Part shown: piece by piece, positions 50,939-61,595 of the stretch
Numbering within the stretch: the first letter of the stretch is position 1
Layout of the letters: every line of letters starts with the position of its first letter
Assembly (NCBI GenBank): GCA_009859145.1
Contig: VRVR01000001.1
Coordinates: 264,463 to 328,462 of the forward strand
From: Andalucia godoyi And28
Taxonomy: Eukaryota; Protista; Jakobida
Direction: 5' to 3'
DNA: 64,000 bases
Program-made: the position numbers and the translations under genes
The notes under the pieces: generated by a model
Databases searched by the model: none
What the model saw: the letters and a program-made list of their open reading frames with translations, nothing else
Told to the model about the DNA's origin: nothing

Positions 50939-52141
50939 TCATCCAAAAGCTTGTCTATCTTGGATGTATAGAATGATGAGCCCGACGCACGATCCCAAAA
51001 CGCTGCCGCACTTGGTTGTGATGGCGTACTTGACTCTGTTCGTGACCATCATGATTTCCGTGGCGAGAATGCCATTCATTGCAGAAAACAGAAAGACGAC
51101 AGAGGAAAGAACCCATATGATGGATGTAAGCCTCACGATCAGAAAGAAGGAGAAGAAGCACATAAACTGCATTGGAAGCCCAACAAGCAGTGGAATGTAC
51201 CATCGAAAATACGAGACTAGCCGGCCACACAGGTTCCCAATCAAGAAGGAGGCTGCCGCGATTCGTAAGTCTGAGCCCTCCACTCCAATGAGTGGGAACA
51301 ATCCTGGTACAGTGATGTACACCAGCAATGATGACAAGAACTGGCATGCGAGATTGAACCTTTGTCCATTCGACTGGATTCGATCGAGATAGTCCGCAGG
51401 ATCTGGGTCTTGGATGCTTGCCGGTGACAGCACAGAGGATATCTCCTCATGATCTTCTCTTTCCCGGAACATGTAATACAAGTATCCAAGCAGCACGAGC
51501 CCCAAGCCATAAACACCAGACATTGTGATAAAGTACGGACCTACCGAATCTGCAAATGCAAACGACAGCGCAACAGACAGCAGGCCGCAGAACGCCAGGC
51601 CAACACTGACAGACGTGGATTGCGAATGCTGCATCTTTTCTAAAAAGCGATGAGAACCAACAACAGAGGACTCGGACACTGCGTCTCTCGCAAACGAAAA
51701 GAACCCACCCGATGAAGAGTGCTGGTCTACAGCTTGGTAGTCGACTGCATTTTCAAAGAACGGACATGTCCACGACGCCAGTATTGTTGCAGCAGGAAAG
51801 ACAATGGTAGCAACAAGCCCTCCGAGGGCCGCACAGACATACAAAATCGCCACCGATTTGAATGCAGCAAGGGCGATGGAGAGCGTTGTGGCCACTCCCA
51901 GTATGAATGCACCTAGAAGAAACAAGAATATATGATGAACAATTGCATACGGCCGAAGAAGGAGGAGGATTCCCACAACAGTCGCGCTCTGATTCGCAAT
52001 TCCCAGCCACACACCAACGCTTTTCCCATAATAATCTACAAAAACATCAAGAGTCACAAAAAGAGACGTGCTGATCAAGAATATCCCAGTTCCAAGCATC
52101 AGCATGGACACATTGATCAGCAAGTACGCACACGAAACCAT
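50939..52141 (-). CDS. Multi-pass transporter, equilibrative nucleoside transporter (SLC29)-like
   Basis: About 10-11 TM helices. FLIGNLCGRLVS and FSAMNGIL resemble the ENT motifs FN.GD..GR and F..TNGY. Confidence 0.6.
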   Translation of the reverse strand: MVSCAYLLINVSMLMLGTGIFLISTSLFVTLDVFVDYYGKSVGVWLGIANQSATVVGILLLLRPYAIVHHIFLFLLGAFILGVATTLSIALAAFKSVAILYVCAALGGLVATIVFPAATILASWTCPFFENAVDYQAVDQHSSSGGFFSFARDAVSESSVVGSHRFLEKMQHSQSTSVSVGLAFCGLLSVALSFAFADSVGPYFITMSGVYGLGLVLLGYLYYMFREREDHEEISSVLSPASIQDPDPADYLDRIQSNGQRFNLACQFLSSLLVYITVPGLFPLIGVEGSDLRIAAASFLIGNLCGRLVSYFRWYIPLLVGLPMQFMCFFSFFLIVRLTSIIWVLSSVVFLFSAMNGILATEIMMVTNRVKYAITTKCGSVLGSCVGLIILYIQDRQAFG

Positions 52142-52695
52142 GACGCACTGCAAAATGCAATTTCTTAATTTAAAATGCTTCTAAACCTTGAATATTGAAT
52201 GCACGCCATATACACATACATATACGCACACACACACACACACACACGCAATCGTAGTACTTGATAAAAATATAAAATACCTAGATTAAAAGAATATAAT
52301 GAGCCAATTATATAATCGATAACGGAGCGGTCATTGAAAAATGGCTCGAGAGCAAAGTGTGTTATTTTGGCGGTCGAGTGAGCGGGGTGTCAACTCCCCG
52401 ACGATGTGTAGCATCACTTGATGAGATCGGGAAAAATGCACAGCCATCCCCCAAATCGGGGAACAACCGCCGCCAGCGATGCAGAAAGAGGACAGAAGCA
52501 AATGAGCAGCAAACAGGGTCTTTTTCATGTGTTTGTTTCTTATGAATATGTATTAATCTTGTGAGCCGCACTGCTCTTCGATTTTGTTTTTGTGTTTTTG
52601 TGTTTTTTTTCTTTTGGGGGTTGTTTTTTTTGGTTTAGTTTTTGGTTTAGTTTTTGGTTTAGTTTTGTGGTATAGCCTGGGTGGCGGGGGTGAGA

Positions 52696-55515
52696 ATGAG
52701 TAAGAAGAAGGGAGCGACACTGGAGCAGTCGTTGTTTCTGTCCATTGTATTGGATGATATCCCAAGTTTTGAATCTCTGATGCAGCAGGCACAGCACAAA
52801 GTCGACATGGTTGTGGAATCGCAGCGTGAAGTTGTTCCAAGCGGTATGTTCAACGAGGCTCTGACGGTTCGCGGTGCATACATCTCCGAGTTTAAAGTGA
52901 ATGACAGTGTTTCTGTGTTTGTAGCTGATAAGAAGAAGGAGAAGCTTATCAAGGCTGCAGGTGTTGACGTGGAGAAAAAGTACAACATATTTACGTACGC
53001 CCTGCAAAAGATGAGTTCACAAGTTGTGATTGAGAAGCTCCTTGCATTGCCGCACTTGGATCCAAATGCGATTGACGAAGCATCGGGGTCGTCGCCATTC
53101 CACACTGCGATTTCCATCTGTGCAACAGCCGAGCAGGATCCAATTCGCGCTTCGTTTCTGCACAGTATCGCGAAAAGGATCTTGGAAAAGTGCCCTTCGA
53201 TGGAACTTGATTTTGAGGATCACCACGGAGATACTCCTCTAAGACTGTGCTTCTTCACTCTGCAACGGCTGCTGCAAGACAGTCCGTCACAGCCAGAAAG
53301 GACATCAGGCTCTGCGGAGCTGCCGGACAGTGTCAAGGCGCTGGAAGACATTGCAAGAAGTTTGATTGAAAGGGGGCTCCGAGAGCCTTGTATGGAAGAC
53401 GCGTGGTTCAGTGCTGCAAAGAATGGGGATGAGGCCATGCTTCAGATGCTCGTCCGAATACATCCTTCCATTGTGGGCGCGCAGGATGCAACTGGACGAA
53501 CCGCTCAGTTTTATCTGGATGGCTCTCCCGGTACACTTCAGTGGATTGGAGACCTTCCTGGGGCGAGTGTTTCCACTGTTTCGTTTGAAGGCACGACATT
53601 TGTGGACGAGTTTTACGACAAAGAAGGCTGGTCAGATCGTTTAGAAAGAATTCTGTCCAAAGCATTGTCAACGGACGAGAAGAAAAGGTCGTATTCGTGG
53701 AATGCACAGCATCGCCCGGGAAAGAGGGCGCTGCTGCATGATGCGGTAATTCGGGAAGATGTAGTCGGCTGTCAAGCGCTGATTGCAAAGTATGGGGCCT
53801 CGGTGGGTGTTGTGGACTTGTTGTTGCGCTCCCCGCTGCACTATGCAGCAGTCTTGCCAGAAACCCCGTCTTCGGATGGAACTCCTGTTCGATCCACTGT
53901 CCTTCTGAAGCTGCTGTTGGAAAATGGTGCCTCCGTGCGTGAAAGCGATCTGCAGGGAAACACGCCGCTGCACTTGGCTGCTCGGTACGGCCGATCAGGT
54001 TCGTTTGCACATCTGCTTGCTGCGGATAAGGATTCTGCAGCGTGCTCGTCCAAGAACTGGCAGGGCGAAACAGCGCTCCATTGCGCCGCCGCTGCAGGCC
54101 ATCTCGAAATCGTGCAGATGCTTTTGGACGGGACAAATGTTGATGTTGATGCGACGACAACTGGCACTCAACAGACAGCCCTTGACCTTGCAATCGAAAA
54201 GGGCCATGTGGAAGTCGCAACAGCTCTTCTCACTCTTACGGAAAAGAATCTCCGTTCGGCAACCGCGACTACCGTGAATCTGCAGGAATGTATTCGCAAG
54301 TCATTGTGCGATCTTGCAGTGTTGGTGATCAAGAGATGGTCTGCAACCAAGTCTGAATACTCGCAGAAACTTGATCAGTATGAGGCACAAAAGAAGAAGC
54401 AAGCCGAAGATGAAGCTGCTGCGGAAGCAGAGGCGTCAAAGAAGGGAGCAAAGAAGGGCAAGGACGCACCAGCCCCTCCTGCGCCCCTGGAAAGACCAGC
54501 AATGCCTCCGGCTCTTTCAAAGCTGGACATCAACCACAAGCGACCATTTGGCTCGACACCAGGCGATCAAAAGGTTTCGGAACCTGGAGCTGTCAAAACT
54601 GCGGCGGCTGAGAATGAGTTCGCAGCAGACAACAGTTCTGACAGTACTGACATGCAGCCTGCTCCTGTTGTCGTCGTAATTGGAGAGTCGTTGCTTGTGT
54701 CGGCACTCCGATTTCGCCAGTGGGATGTCGCAGCTGCGCTTGTAGAGTCAGGTGCCACTGTAGACAATCTTACGATTCATATTGCAGCCGCGGTGAATGC
54801 TGCTCCGCTGCTGGAGAGTGTGTACTCGGATTCCCAAATTGCCAAGGGTCTTGTGCCAAAGCTGTCGTGTACGATCTGCGAAGAAGAACAGGCGTACTTG
54901 AATGAAGCCCTCTCGACTGCGGAAGCGAAAGTGCCATTCTCCGTGGACTCGAGAGAGGAACGGGTCGCGACGCAGAGTGCGTTTTCAACATCTTGTGTTC
55001 CTGAAGAGACTGCGTTCCATGTTGCTGCTCGCTGCAGGTCGACGGATGCAGCAGCCGTGCTTCTGCAAGTTGCCGAGCGGCGGCCGAACTTGATTGACCG
55101 ACCTGCTGAAGACGAATCGATCAATATTCGATTGTGGCTGCCGACGGGCCTCCGAGACATGCATGGAAATACCGTTCTCCATGCTGCATGTGGCGTGAAT
55201 CACGTTTCCTTGCTTGAAACTCTCATTGTGAAGGCTGGTGAGACAGCGTCCGCTGCAGGACCGATTGATTTGGATGTTACGAATGCGGACGGCCAGACGC
55301 CGCTTATGGTGGCTGCACAAGCGAACGGGACGGATTGTGTGCAACTTTTAATGCAAAGCGGCGTGGATCTCGCAATGACGGACGTTCTGGGCAGATCGCC
55401 GTTCATTTGTGGTGTCCACGGAGGTGCCTCGGAATCGTCCAAACTTATCCAGCGTGCGATGTATGACCTACAGCAGCAGCAGCAGCAGCAGCAGCATCTG
55501 GAGCAACGTGTGTAA
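52696..55515 (+). CDS. Ankyrin-repeat protein (about 940 aa)
   Basis: Multiple ankyrin repeats: GNTPLHLAARYG, GETALHCAAAAGH, QTALDLAIEKGH, GNTVLHAAC, GQTPLMVAA. Confidence 0.9.
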   Translation: MSKKKGATLEQSLFLSIVLDDIPSFESLMQQAQHKVDMVVESQREVVPSGMFNEALTVRGAYISEFKVNDSVSVFVADKKKEKLIKAAGVDVEKKYNIFTYALQKMSSQVVIEKLLALPHLDPNAIDEASGSSPFHTAISICATAEQDPIRASFLHSIAKRILEKCPSMELDFEDHHGDTPLRLCFFTLQRLLQDSPSQPERTSGSAELPDSVKALEDIARSLIERGLREPCMEDAWFSAAKNGDEAMLQMLVRIHPSIVGAQDATGRTAQFYLDGSPGTLQWIGDLPGASVSTVSFEGTTFVDEFYDKEGWSDRLERILSKALSTDEKKRSYSWNAQHRPGKRALLHDAVIREDVVGCQALIAKYGASVGVVDLLLRSPLHYAAVLPETPSSDGTPVRSTVLLKLLLENGASVRESDLQGNTPLHLAARYGRSGSFAHLLAADKDSAACSSKNWQGETALHCAAAAGHLEIVQMLLDGTNVDVDATTTGTQQTALDLAIEKGHVEVATALLTLTEKNLRSATATTVNLQECIRKSLCDLAVLVIKRWSATKSEYSQKLDQYEAQKKKQAEDEAAAEAEASKKGAKKGKDAPAPPAPLERPAMPPALSKLDINHKRPFGSTPGDQKVSEPGAVKTAAAENEFAADNSSDSTDMQPAPVVVVIGESLLVSALRFRQWDVAAALVESGATVDNLTIHIAAAVNAAPLLESVYSDSQIAKGLVPKLSCTICEEEQAYLNEALSTAEAKVPFSVDSREERVATQSAFSTSCVPEETAFHVAARCRSTDAAAVLLQVAERRPNLIDRPAEDESINIRLWLPTGLRDMHGNTVLHAACGVNHVSLLETLIVKAGETASAAGPIDLDVTNADGQTPLMVAAQANGTDCVQLLMQSGVDLAMTDVLGRSPFICGVHGGASESSKLIQRAMYDLQQQQQQQQHLEQRV

Positions 55516-55862
55516 TAATAATAAAAATAATAATAATAATTTAAAAATGTGCGTCTCTTTTTAGTGAAGAAGAACAACGTACGCGGATAAGGTTCATTGC
55601 AGTGTACTGTGCTCAGCACAGACAAACATATTTATGTAAAATAGATAATTCCAGGAGAGATCGTGAACAACCGAAAGACACCATGGTGAACGAAGAAGAA
55701 GCAGGAAGCAGCAACGCCCACACCTACACCGAGGAGCACACAAGAGTCCGATGATGATGAAGAAGAAGAAGAAAGCCAATGTCCATTCTCTGACATTCCT
55801 GAAATGACAAATGCCGATGATGGACTTTTTCGAGCATCCATTCTTTCTTCTTGTTTCTTAAA

Positions 55863-56090
55863 TTACAAGAAGCGCGATTGAGACTTGGAAACTTCTGTTC
55901 CGCGAGCGTGAGCATCCCGAACGACTTGTTCACTGCGGAAGAACTGGTAGCACAGCACAGGCAGCGCGACTCCCCACATCAACACTCGCGCAGCTGTCCT
56001 TCCGTTGAACCGAAACTGATAGACGAGATTCTCGCGGTATGCATTCCACTCTTCAACCGCTTGCGAAACGTGTGCTTTACCTCCTGCCAT
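55863..56090 (-). CDS. NDUFB4: Respiratory complex I subunit NDUFB4 (B15)-like
   Basis: VEEWNAYRENLVYQFRF...MWGVALPVLCY...RFL matches the plant/protist B15 pattern (E.W...RENL...FR.T). Confidence 0.8.
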   Translation of the reverse strand: MAGGKAHVSQAVEEWNAYRENLVYQFRFNGRTAARVLMWGVALPVLCYQFFRSEQVVRDAHARGTEVSKSQSRFL

Positions 56091-56500
56091 TCTCCCTTCC
56101 TTTAATTCCACCCCTCCTTTGTGCTCACGATAACTTACGACAATTCGAATCGTATGATTATAACTGTGATTCTTACACAAAATAATGTGTGTAGATCGAG
56201 ATTGCAAAGGAAAGCAGCATAAGAACGGGGCAAAAACAACTTTTGAAGAACCCTTCCTGGAGGAGGGTTAGGGTTTTCTGCCACAATACAAACTGCACGA
56301 AGTGCTTGCTTCCTACAGCCGAACTTCAATTTCGTGCCTGTATTTTGGGAAACTTCGTGTCTCGAATCGGCTCCGTGCTGTTGCTGTTCTCTAAACACAC
56401 ATTGTTATGTATCGTTGCTTATTGTTTGTTTCTCAAATCTTGTAGATCGAGAGGTTAGTAGATCGGTGGGCTGTTGCTGCGGGTGTGAGTGGGCGACACA

Positions 56501-58564
56501 ATGTTTCGGGTCTTATCTGCGAGCAGAAGAATTCTGCCTTTTTCTCCTCCGCATTTGAATGCGAGTCCGGCGTCGAGAAGTATACTCTGTCGTCCAATAT
56601 TCTTCAGCGCTCGATTTTCGTCTAGTTTGCCGCACGCAAACGTGGCTTCTTCCGCTTCTGATTCTTCGTCAAGTTCCAAATTCGGATCAGCGTCGGTGGA
56701 GGTGGAGGCTGCTTCAAAGCCGAAAATGACAACAACGCTCATTGGTGCTTCGAGTGATTCATTAGAGACTGTTTCTGCTCGAGTAAAACAGCAGGCACAG
56801 CAACTGAAACTGGATCAGCCGGCGCTCTCGCTGACTTCGCCGACATCTGTGTTGTCGTTTGTGACTTCCGTTCCGTCCAAGGTTGCTTCATTCTTGGTTC
56901 CGCTTCCGGGAATTGTTGTTCGCTGGACCTCCGGAGCGGTCGTTTCAAGTTTCGAATGGAGTATGAGAGCAATTCGGGATCCTACAATCCTCAGGGATGC
57001 GTGGCACAGCGCAAAAAAGACGACGAAAGAGGTTGCGCATCACTACTGGAATGGATGCAAGCTGCTTGCTGCGGACATGAGAATGGCAACAAAGATTCTT
57101 GGACAGCTCACGGAAGGGCGCTCTCTTACCAGACGGGAGAGGAAGGCATTGCTGACGACCGCTGCTGATTTGTTCCGATTGGTGCCGTTCGCAATCATCG
57201 TCATCATTCCGTTTATGGAACTTGCGCTGCCGTTGCTTTTAAAGCTGTTTCCCAACATGCTTCCGTCGACGTTTGCGGAGCCGTTTGCTGCTGAAGAGGA
57301 TCGCAAGAAACAGCTCAAGGCACGTATTGAGCTGGCGAAGTTCTTGCAGGACACCGTGGAGGAAATGGCTCTGCAGACTCAGATCTCCAAGAAAGATCCC
57401 GAGAAGGCAAAACTTGCAAAAGAGTTGGGATTGTTTGTGGAACGCGTCCGAGAGGCGTCTCCAGTCTCCAATGTTGAAATTGCAAAATTCGCAAAGTTCT
57501 TCCGCGACGAGCTCACGCTCGACTCAATGCCGAGGCCGCAGCTCTTTGCAATGTGCAGGTACATGAGTGTTTCCGTTCCAGGTGCTGCATCGGATTCCGT
57601 GCTTCGTTTTATGCTCCGCAACACGATGCGACAAATCAAAGCTGACGATAGGATGATCTACTGGGAAGGCGTGAACTCCTTGTCTCTCGAAGAACTGAAG
57701 CAAGCATGTGCGACTCGAGGAATGCGATCGGTCAACATTTCCAAAACGGAAATGAGGAGTCAGTTGTCCGAATGGCTCGAACTGTCGTTGAACCAGTCCA
57801 TTCCGTCGTCATTGTTGATCTTGTCCCGTGCTTTCACTGTTCTGACACCGGAGTCCGCAAGCATAGAAGAGGAGCGAGCACAGACTACTGAAGCACTGTC
57901 GACGACACTGTCATCATTGCCGGCCGAGACCGTTCAGGAGGTCATTTCCCAGGTTGCCGGAAACGAGAATTTGCTGCAGGAACGGAAGCGCCAACAAACA
58001 CTGGTGGAAAAAGAGATTGTACAAGCGAAGATTGAAGATGAGGGTGATTCCGAGGACAAGAAAGTCGAAGTTGTTGCAGAGGCAGTGGCGACGCTTGCCA
58101 AGAGCAGCGGTGTCGCGTACGAGAAACGTGAATTAGAGGAACTCAAGGAAGACATTCAACAGTTGCCGAAGGAAGAGTCAGCTGTCAAGGAAAAGGGTCG
58201 TGCGATGCTCTCGAGCCGTGTGCGAAAGCTAGTGGGCAAGCTGGACAAGGAACTTGCGGAGGCCGAGAAGATTATTGGCGATTCTTTAAACATTATCGAT
58301 CGAGACCGTGATGGAGTTGTTTCGCGAGAGGAAGTAATGAGGGTTCTGCAGTCTTTGCGAGAAAAGCCGACTCCGGAAATGTTAGAAGATGTAATGAAAC
58401 GTCTGGACCCGGATCATGATGGGATTGTGTTGTTGGAAGAAGTTGAGCGAGTCATTCTTGCTCGTGAAGTCAACGAAATGGACGAACACTTCCAGGAATC
58501 TCTTCCCGAGAACCCCGGAAGTCCAGCAATACCTGCCAGGGAGGAGGAAGCGACGAAGCAGTGA
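56501..58564 (+). CDS. LETM1: LETM1/Mdm38 mitochondrial inner-membrane protein with C-terminal EF-hands
   Basis: HHYWNGCKLL, LTRRER, DLFRLVPF..., LKLFPNMLPSTF, DDRMIYWEG, ELKQACATRGM and DRDRDG/DPDHDG loops. Confidence 0.95.
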   Translation: MFRVLSASRRILPFSPPHLNASPASRSILCRPIFFSARFSSSLPHANVASSASDSSSSSKFGSASVEVEAASKPKMTTTLIGASSDSLETVSARVKQQAQQLKLDQPALSLTSPTSVLSFVTSVPSKVASFLVPLPGIVVRWTSGAVVSSFEWSMRAIRDPTILRDAWHSAKKTTKEVAHHYWNGCKLLAADMRMATKILGQLTEGRSLTRRERKALLTTAADLFRLVPFAIIVIIPFMELALPLLLKLFPNMLPSTFAEPFAAEEDRKKQLKARIELAKFLQDTVEEMALQTQISKKDPEKAKLAKELGLFVERVREASPVSNVEIAKFAKFFRDELTLDSMPRPQLFAMCRYMSVSVPGAASDSVLRFMLRNTMRQIKADDRMIYWEGVNSLSLEELKQACATRGMRSVNISKTEMRSQLSEWLELSLNQSIPSSLLILSRAFTVLTPESASIEEERAQTTEALSTTLSSLPAETVQEVISQVAGNENLLQERKRQQTLVEKEIVQAKIEDEGDSEDKKVEVVAEAVATLAKSSGVAYEKRELEELKEDIQQLPKEESAVKEKGRAMLSSRVRKLVGKLDKELAEAEKIIGDSLNIIDRDRDGVVSREEVMRVLQSLREKPTPEMLEDVMKRLDPDHDGIVLLEEVERVILAREVNEMDEHFQESLPENPGSPAIPAREEEATKQ

Positions 58565-58910
58565 TCCGGGATTTGGTGAGAAAATGAACCACTGCAGTCC
58601 ATTTCTGCAGGTTTTTTCTTACATACCGGTAAATCATCGAAACCTCAAAAGAATTGTTGTAGCAACAACAGCAAAATCCAGATGTCGACTGACAATCGCA
58701 CACTTCTCTGCGTCCCCGATGCTTCCCACGAGTTCCCTGGATGCATGGCTTTTATTGTCAGCTTACGCTTCTTCACAACATCTCTGTCTTTTCTTGTGGA
58801 ATAAGCGGGGACTTGTCAGAAGAAGATGGGAAAGGGGGGAGCGGGGAGCGGTAGCAGAAGCACACGAAGGCGTTCAAGAAAGGTCTCATAATTAGCGTGG
58901 AAAGCATGTA

Positions 58911-59867
58911 CTAAGCATCTCGCAAAGAGGGATCAACTTGTTTAGAAATGCCTTCTGCAGCTTCCGCTTCAGGTTCGGGTTGAGAATGCTGGTATGCGTT
59001 TTCTGGAGACTGCCCAGGAAGCAGTTCGGCAGATGGAATCCTCGGCTTTTTCCTCTTCGCCTCTACCGCATTCTTGTTTTCTCTCGCATAGAATCGAAGG
59101 AACAAGTCAACAGCCTGCTGTTCAAACAACCCATGCTCGAGAATGGGATTGCCTAATGTTGCTGGACTGAGATCATACACGTTCAGCACGGAGCCACATC
59201 CACCAAACCGTTCGTTACGACACCCGTATACAATGCGCTTCACATGGGCCTCGCCCAATGCAGCAGCACACATGATGCACGGCTCACACGTCACATACAC
59301 GGCGATGTTTGTCAGATCCACAGCTGCCTTGCATTCCACGATAACCTCGCTCTCATTTGCAATCAACTCTCCGTCCCACTCGTGGGCATGATCCGTGCAG
59401 TCGCCTCCATCGTCCCGGCCATCATCATCCTCATCAAGGCCGTCGTCGTGACGGGGCTGGTGGAAGCAGTGATGGCCATCATGACGGCGACGATGATGAC
59501 TGTGGCTGTGATGATGGCTGTGACTGTGATTGTGATTGTGATTGTGATTGTCCTGACTCTTCTGCGTGCATCCGTTGTGATTGTGGCGACCATCGTGGCT
59601 GCTGCGACCGCTGTGTAGACTGCAACTTGCGAGTCTATAGTGATTTCTGTGATTGGCAATTCTGCCTTGTCGTGCCAATCGCTCCAAACAAACAATTTCA
59701 GCATGCAGCGTTGCATTTCTTGATCGGTTCGTTGCGTTGAACTCGGCAGCAACAATCTTGTTACTAACCGTATCAACAAACACGCACCCGACAGGAATCT
59801 CAAATGAATTCAGCGCTCGCTCTCCAAGTTTCAGCGCCTGACTCATAAAATACGCATCATCTCTCAT
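58911..59867 (-). CDS. ADAT2: tRNA adenosine-34 deaminase catalytic subunit Tad2/ADAT2 with a His/Asp-rich insertion
   Basis: FMSQAL, EIPVGCVFV, NATLHAEI, VTCEPCIMCAAAL and YGCRNERFGGCGSV. Confidence 0.92.
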   Translation of the reverse strand: MRDDAYFMSQALKLGERALNSFEIPVGCVFVDTVSNKIVAAEFNATNRSRNATLHAEIVCLERLARQGRIANHRNHYRLASCSLHSGRSSHDGRHNHNGCTQKSQDNHNHNHNHSHSHHHSHSHHRRRHDGHHCFHQPRHDDGLDEDDDGRDDGGDCTDHAHEWDGELIANESEVIVECKAAVDLTNIAVYVTCEPCIMCAAALGEAHVKRIVYGCRNERFGGCGSVLNVYDLSPATLGNPILEHGLFEQQAVDLFLRFYARENKNAVEAKRKKPRIPSAELLPGQSPENAYQHSQPEPEAEAAEGISKQVDPSLRDA

Positions 59868-60357
59868 CTTCTTTCCCACCCACCCACACACACATACACA
59901 CGCACACACACGAAAAAAGAAGAGAAGTAACACCACCCTCTGAATTGCAGATACCCGGAAAACAATTCAATCTCTATTCGTCTGTAATTGACCGATCGAC
60001 TGATCCAACGACTGAACGAATGAACGGATGAACGAAATGCATGAACGTTTGTGAATTCAGGTTTCGTATTTCATCTTTCACTCATCAGTCTACAGCGAAA
60101 AACTCGCTGCTTTTCGAAACGCGGTCTTTCGCCGGACTTTTTTGAAAAAGAAGAAAAGAAAGAAAATACTCGCCCTACAAGAAGTTTACGGACTGTAGTG
60201 TCCCCTAAATCCTGAAACTCGGTTTTTCTCGTTCAGTTTTTCTTTTCCCCAATTTTTGAAATTTTTTATTATTCTTAATTAATGAAGCTTTAAAATTGAG
60301 TTGTTTTGCGTTTTCTCCACGAAGAAAGGAAAAGGAGAGTTTGCTGGCGGGAGGAAA

Positions 60358-60786
60358 ATGTCAAGAGGAATTCCGACTGCGCGCATTCCAAGTATTCTGA
60401 CTCGGCTTGCTGAAGTTGCGGTTCCGACAAAAGTGAATGGCGTTTGGCACAAGCCAATGCTATCCGGGCGAAAGCGAGCGCTGTTAGCGAAGACTCCTGA
60501 ATTTGTGCAGTATGCAGCTTCAAATCCGGACGCAGTGAAGTTAGCAAAGATGGACCGCTATCTGCAGTCTGCGGATCATCCAGACGCAGCCACAAAGACA
60601 AGCATCTTTATTTCTCGAGTCCCAAAGGGCCATAAACACGCGCGAGACGCAGAGGCTCGAAGGGCAGCAATCCAGAAGAAACTCGCGGAAATGCCAAAGC
60701 TGCTCGAAGATATCAAGAAGCAAAAGCAGGATGCAAAGAAGTCAGTCGGAATCTCATGGCTCTTCAAGGAAAATGCATACAAATAG
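60358..60786 (+). CDS. MRPL25: Mitochondrial ribosomal protein mL59 (MRPL25-like)
   Basis: PTKVNGVWHKPMLSGRKRA and PKGHKHARDAEARRAAIQKKLAEMPKLL. Confidence 0.85.
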   Translation: MSRGIPTARIPSILTRLAEVAVPTKVNGVWHKPMLSGRKRALLAKTPEFVQYAASNPDAVKLAKMDRYLQSADHPDAATKTSIFISRVPKGHKHARDAEARRAAIQKKLAEMPKLLEDIKKQKQDAKKSVGISWLFKENAYK

Positions 60787-61287
60787 TCACTACCGCTGGA
60801 AAAACTACAAAACCAGGGACACGTAAAGATAGAACTTCTGCGCTCAGGGGATCGTCCAGAAAAGACTGGCTTAACCCCCAATAATGATTCATCGCTATGT
60901 CGGATCTCACCATATTCTCATCTGCTGCATCAAAGGATTTTGAGAACCAGCATGCTCTCCTGTCGACCTCGTGCATACAAAATACCAATCAGTTGGGAGC
61001 TGCGTCGGTTCCGTGGGTGGGATTTCATGGGTGGGTCGGGGGGACACACGTGAAAGGGAACTTCCCGTGAGCTTACACCGCCAACCCGCGGAGAGTACTC
61101 CGCCGCAGCTTCCGCTTCGATCCATTTTTCCAGACAGCATTACACGCACACTTTCTCGTGTTCAGAGGAGGAAACAGAATGCGGTTGGCCAATAGCGCGT
61201 TCGCACCAGATTTTATTTGGCAATTTCTTCACGGTGATCACCAAGTGGAATTATCTACGCAAGAGTATTTCATCTCTGCAAGATTAA

Positions 61288-61575
61288 CCCATGGAACACC
61301 ACGCACCGCGCTAACGCGAGCAAGAGCAGTAACATTAATGACCTTGCAACATTTGTTCCATAAGGCGACCGAGTATGGCGAGCGGCGCAAGCGAAGTGGT
61401 TTGCATGTCCCGCGTGTAGCTCGCAGATTGATCGAGATTGGAACGGAGCGCGGAACGTTTATCTGAAGAGCGCCATGAGGCGTGTTGGGGCCTATCCCCT
61501 TCCCGGCAACGGGGATGCAAGATTGAATATGCATGTCTATTCGTAGATATGCATGTTCAGTGTATAATGTAGGCG
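61288..61575 (+). mobile_element. Fanzor/TnpB-derived remnant ('ghost' locus B), frameshifted, missed by the ORF track
   Basis: CNICS (61345-59), a +1 frameshift, then AKWFACPACSSQIDRDWNGARNVYLK (61391-61468), followed by GCGTGTTGGGGCCTATCCCCTTCCC and a terminal TGTAGGCG. Confidence 0.85.
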
Positions 61576-61595
61576 TAATGAAAGTCAAAAAACAG
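61479..61595 (+). ncRNA. Candidate Fanzor omegaRNA B (scaffold plus about 20-nt guide)
   Basis: GGG-GCCTAT-CCC stem-loop whose loop pairs with GTAGGC (61569-74), TTCCCG-GCAA-CGGGGA GNRA hairpin (61500-15), and a 16-bp hairpin with UUCG loop (61524-59) whose two non-Watson-Crick pairs are G-U on this strand. Confidence 0.7.

Noticed and set aside
61344-61388. Alternative reading QHLFHKATEYG resembling an internal Fanzor helix
   Set aside because: It is not colinear with the Fanzor motif order. The overlapping CNIC frame fits the Zn-ribbon spacing better.
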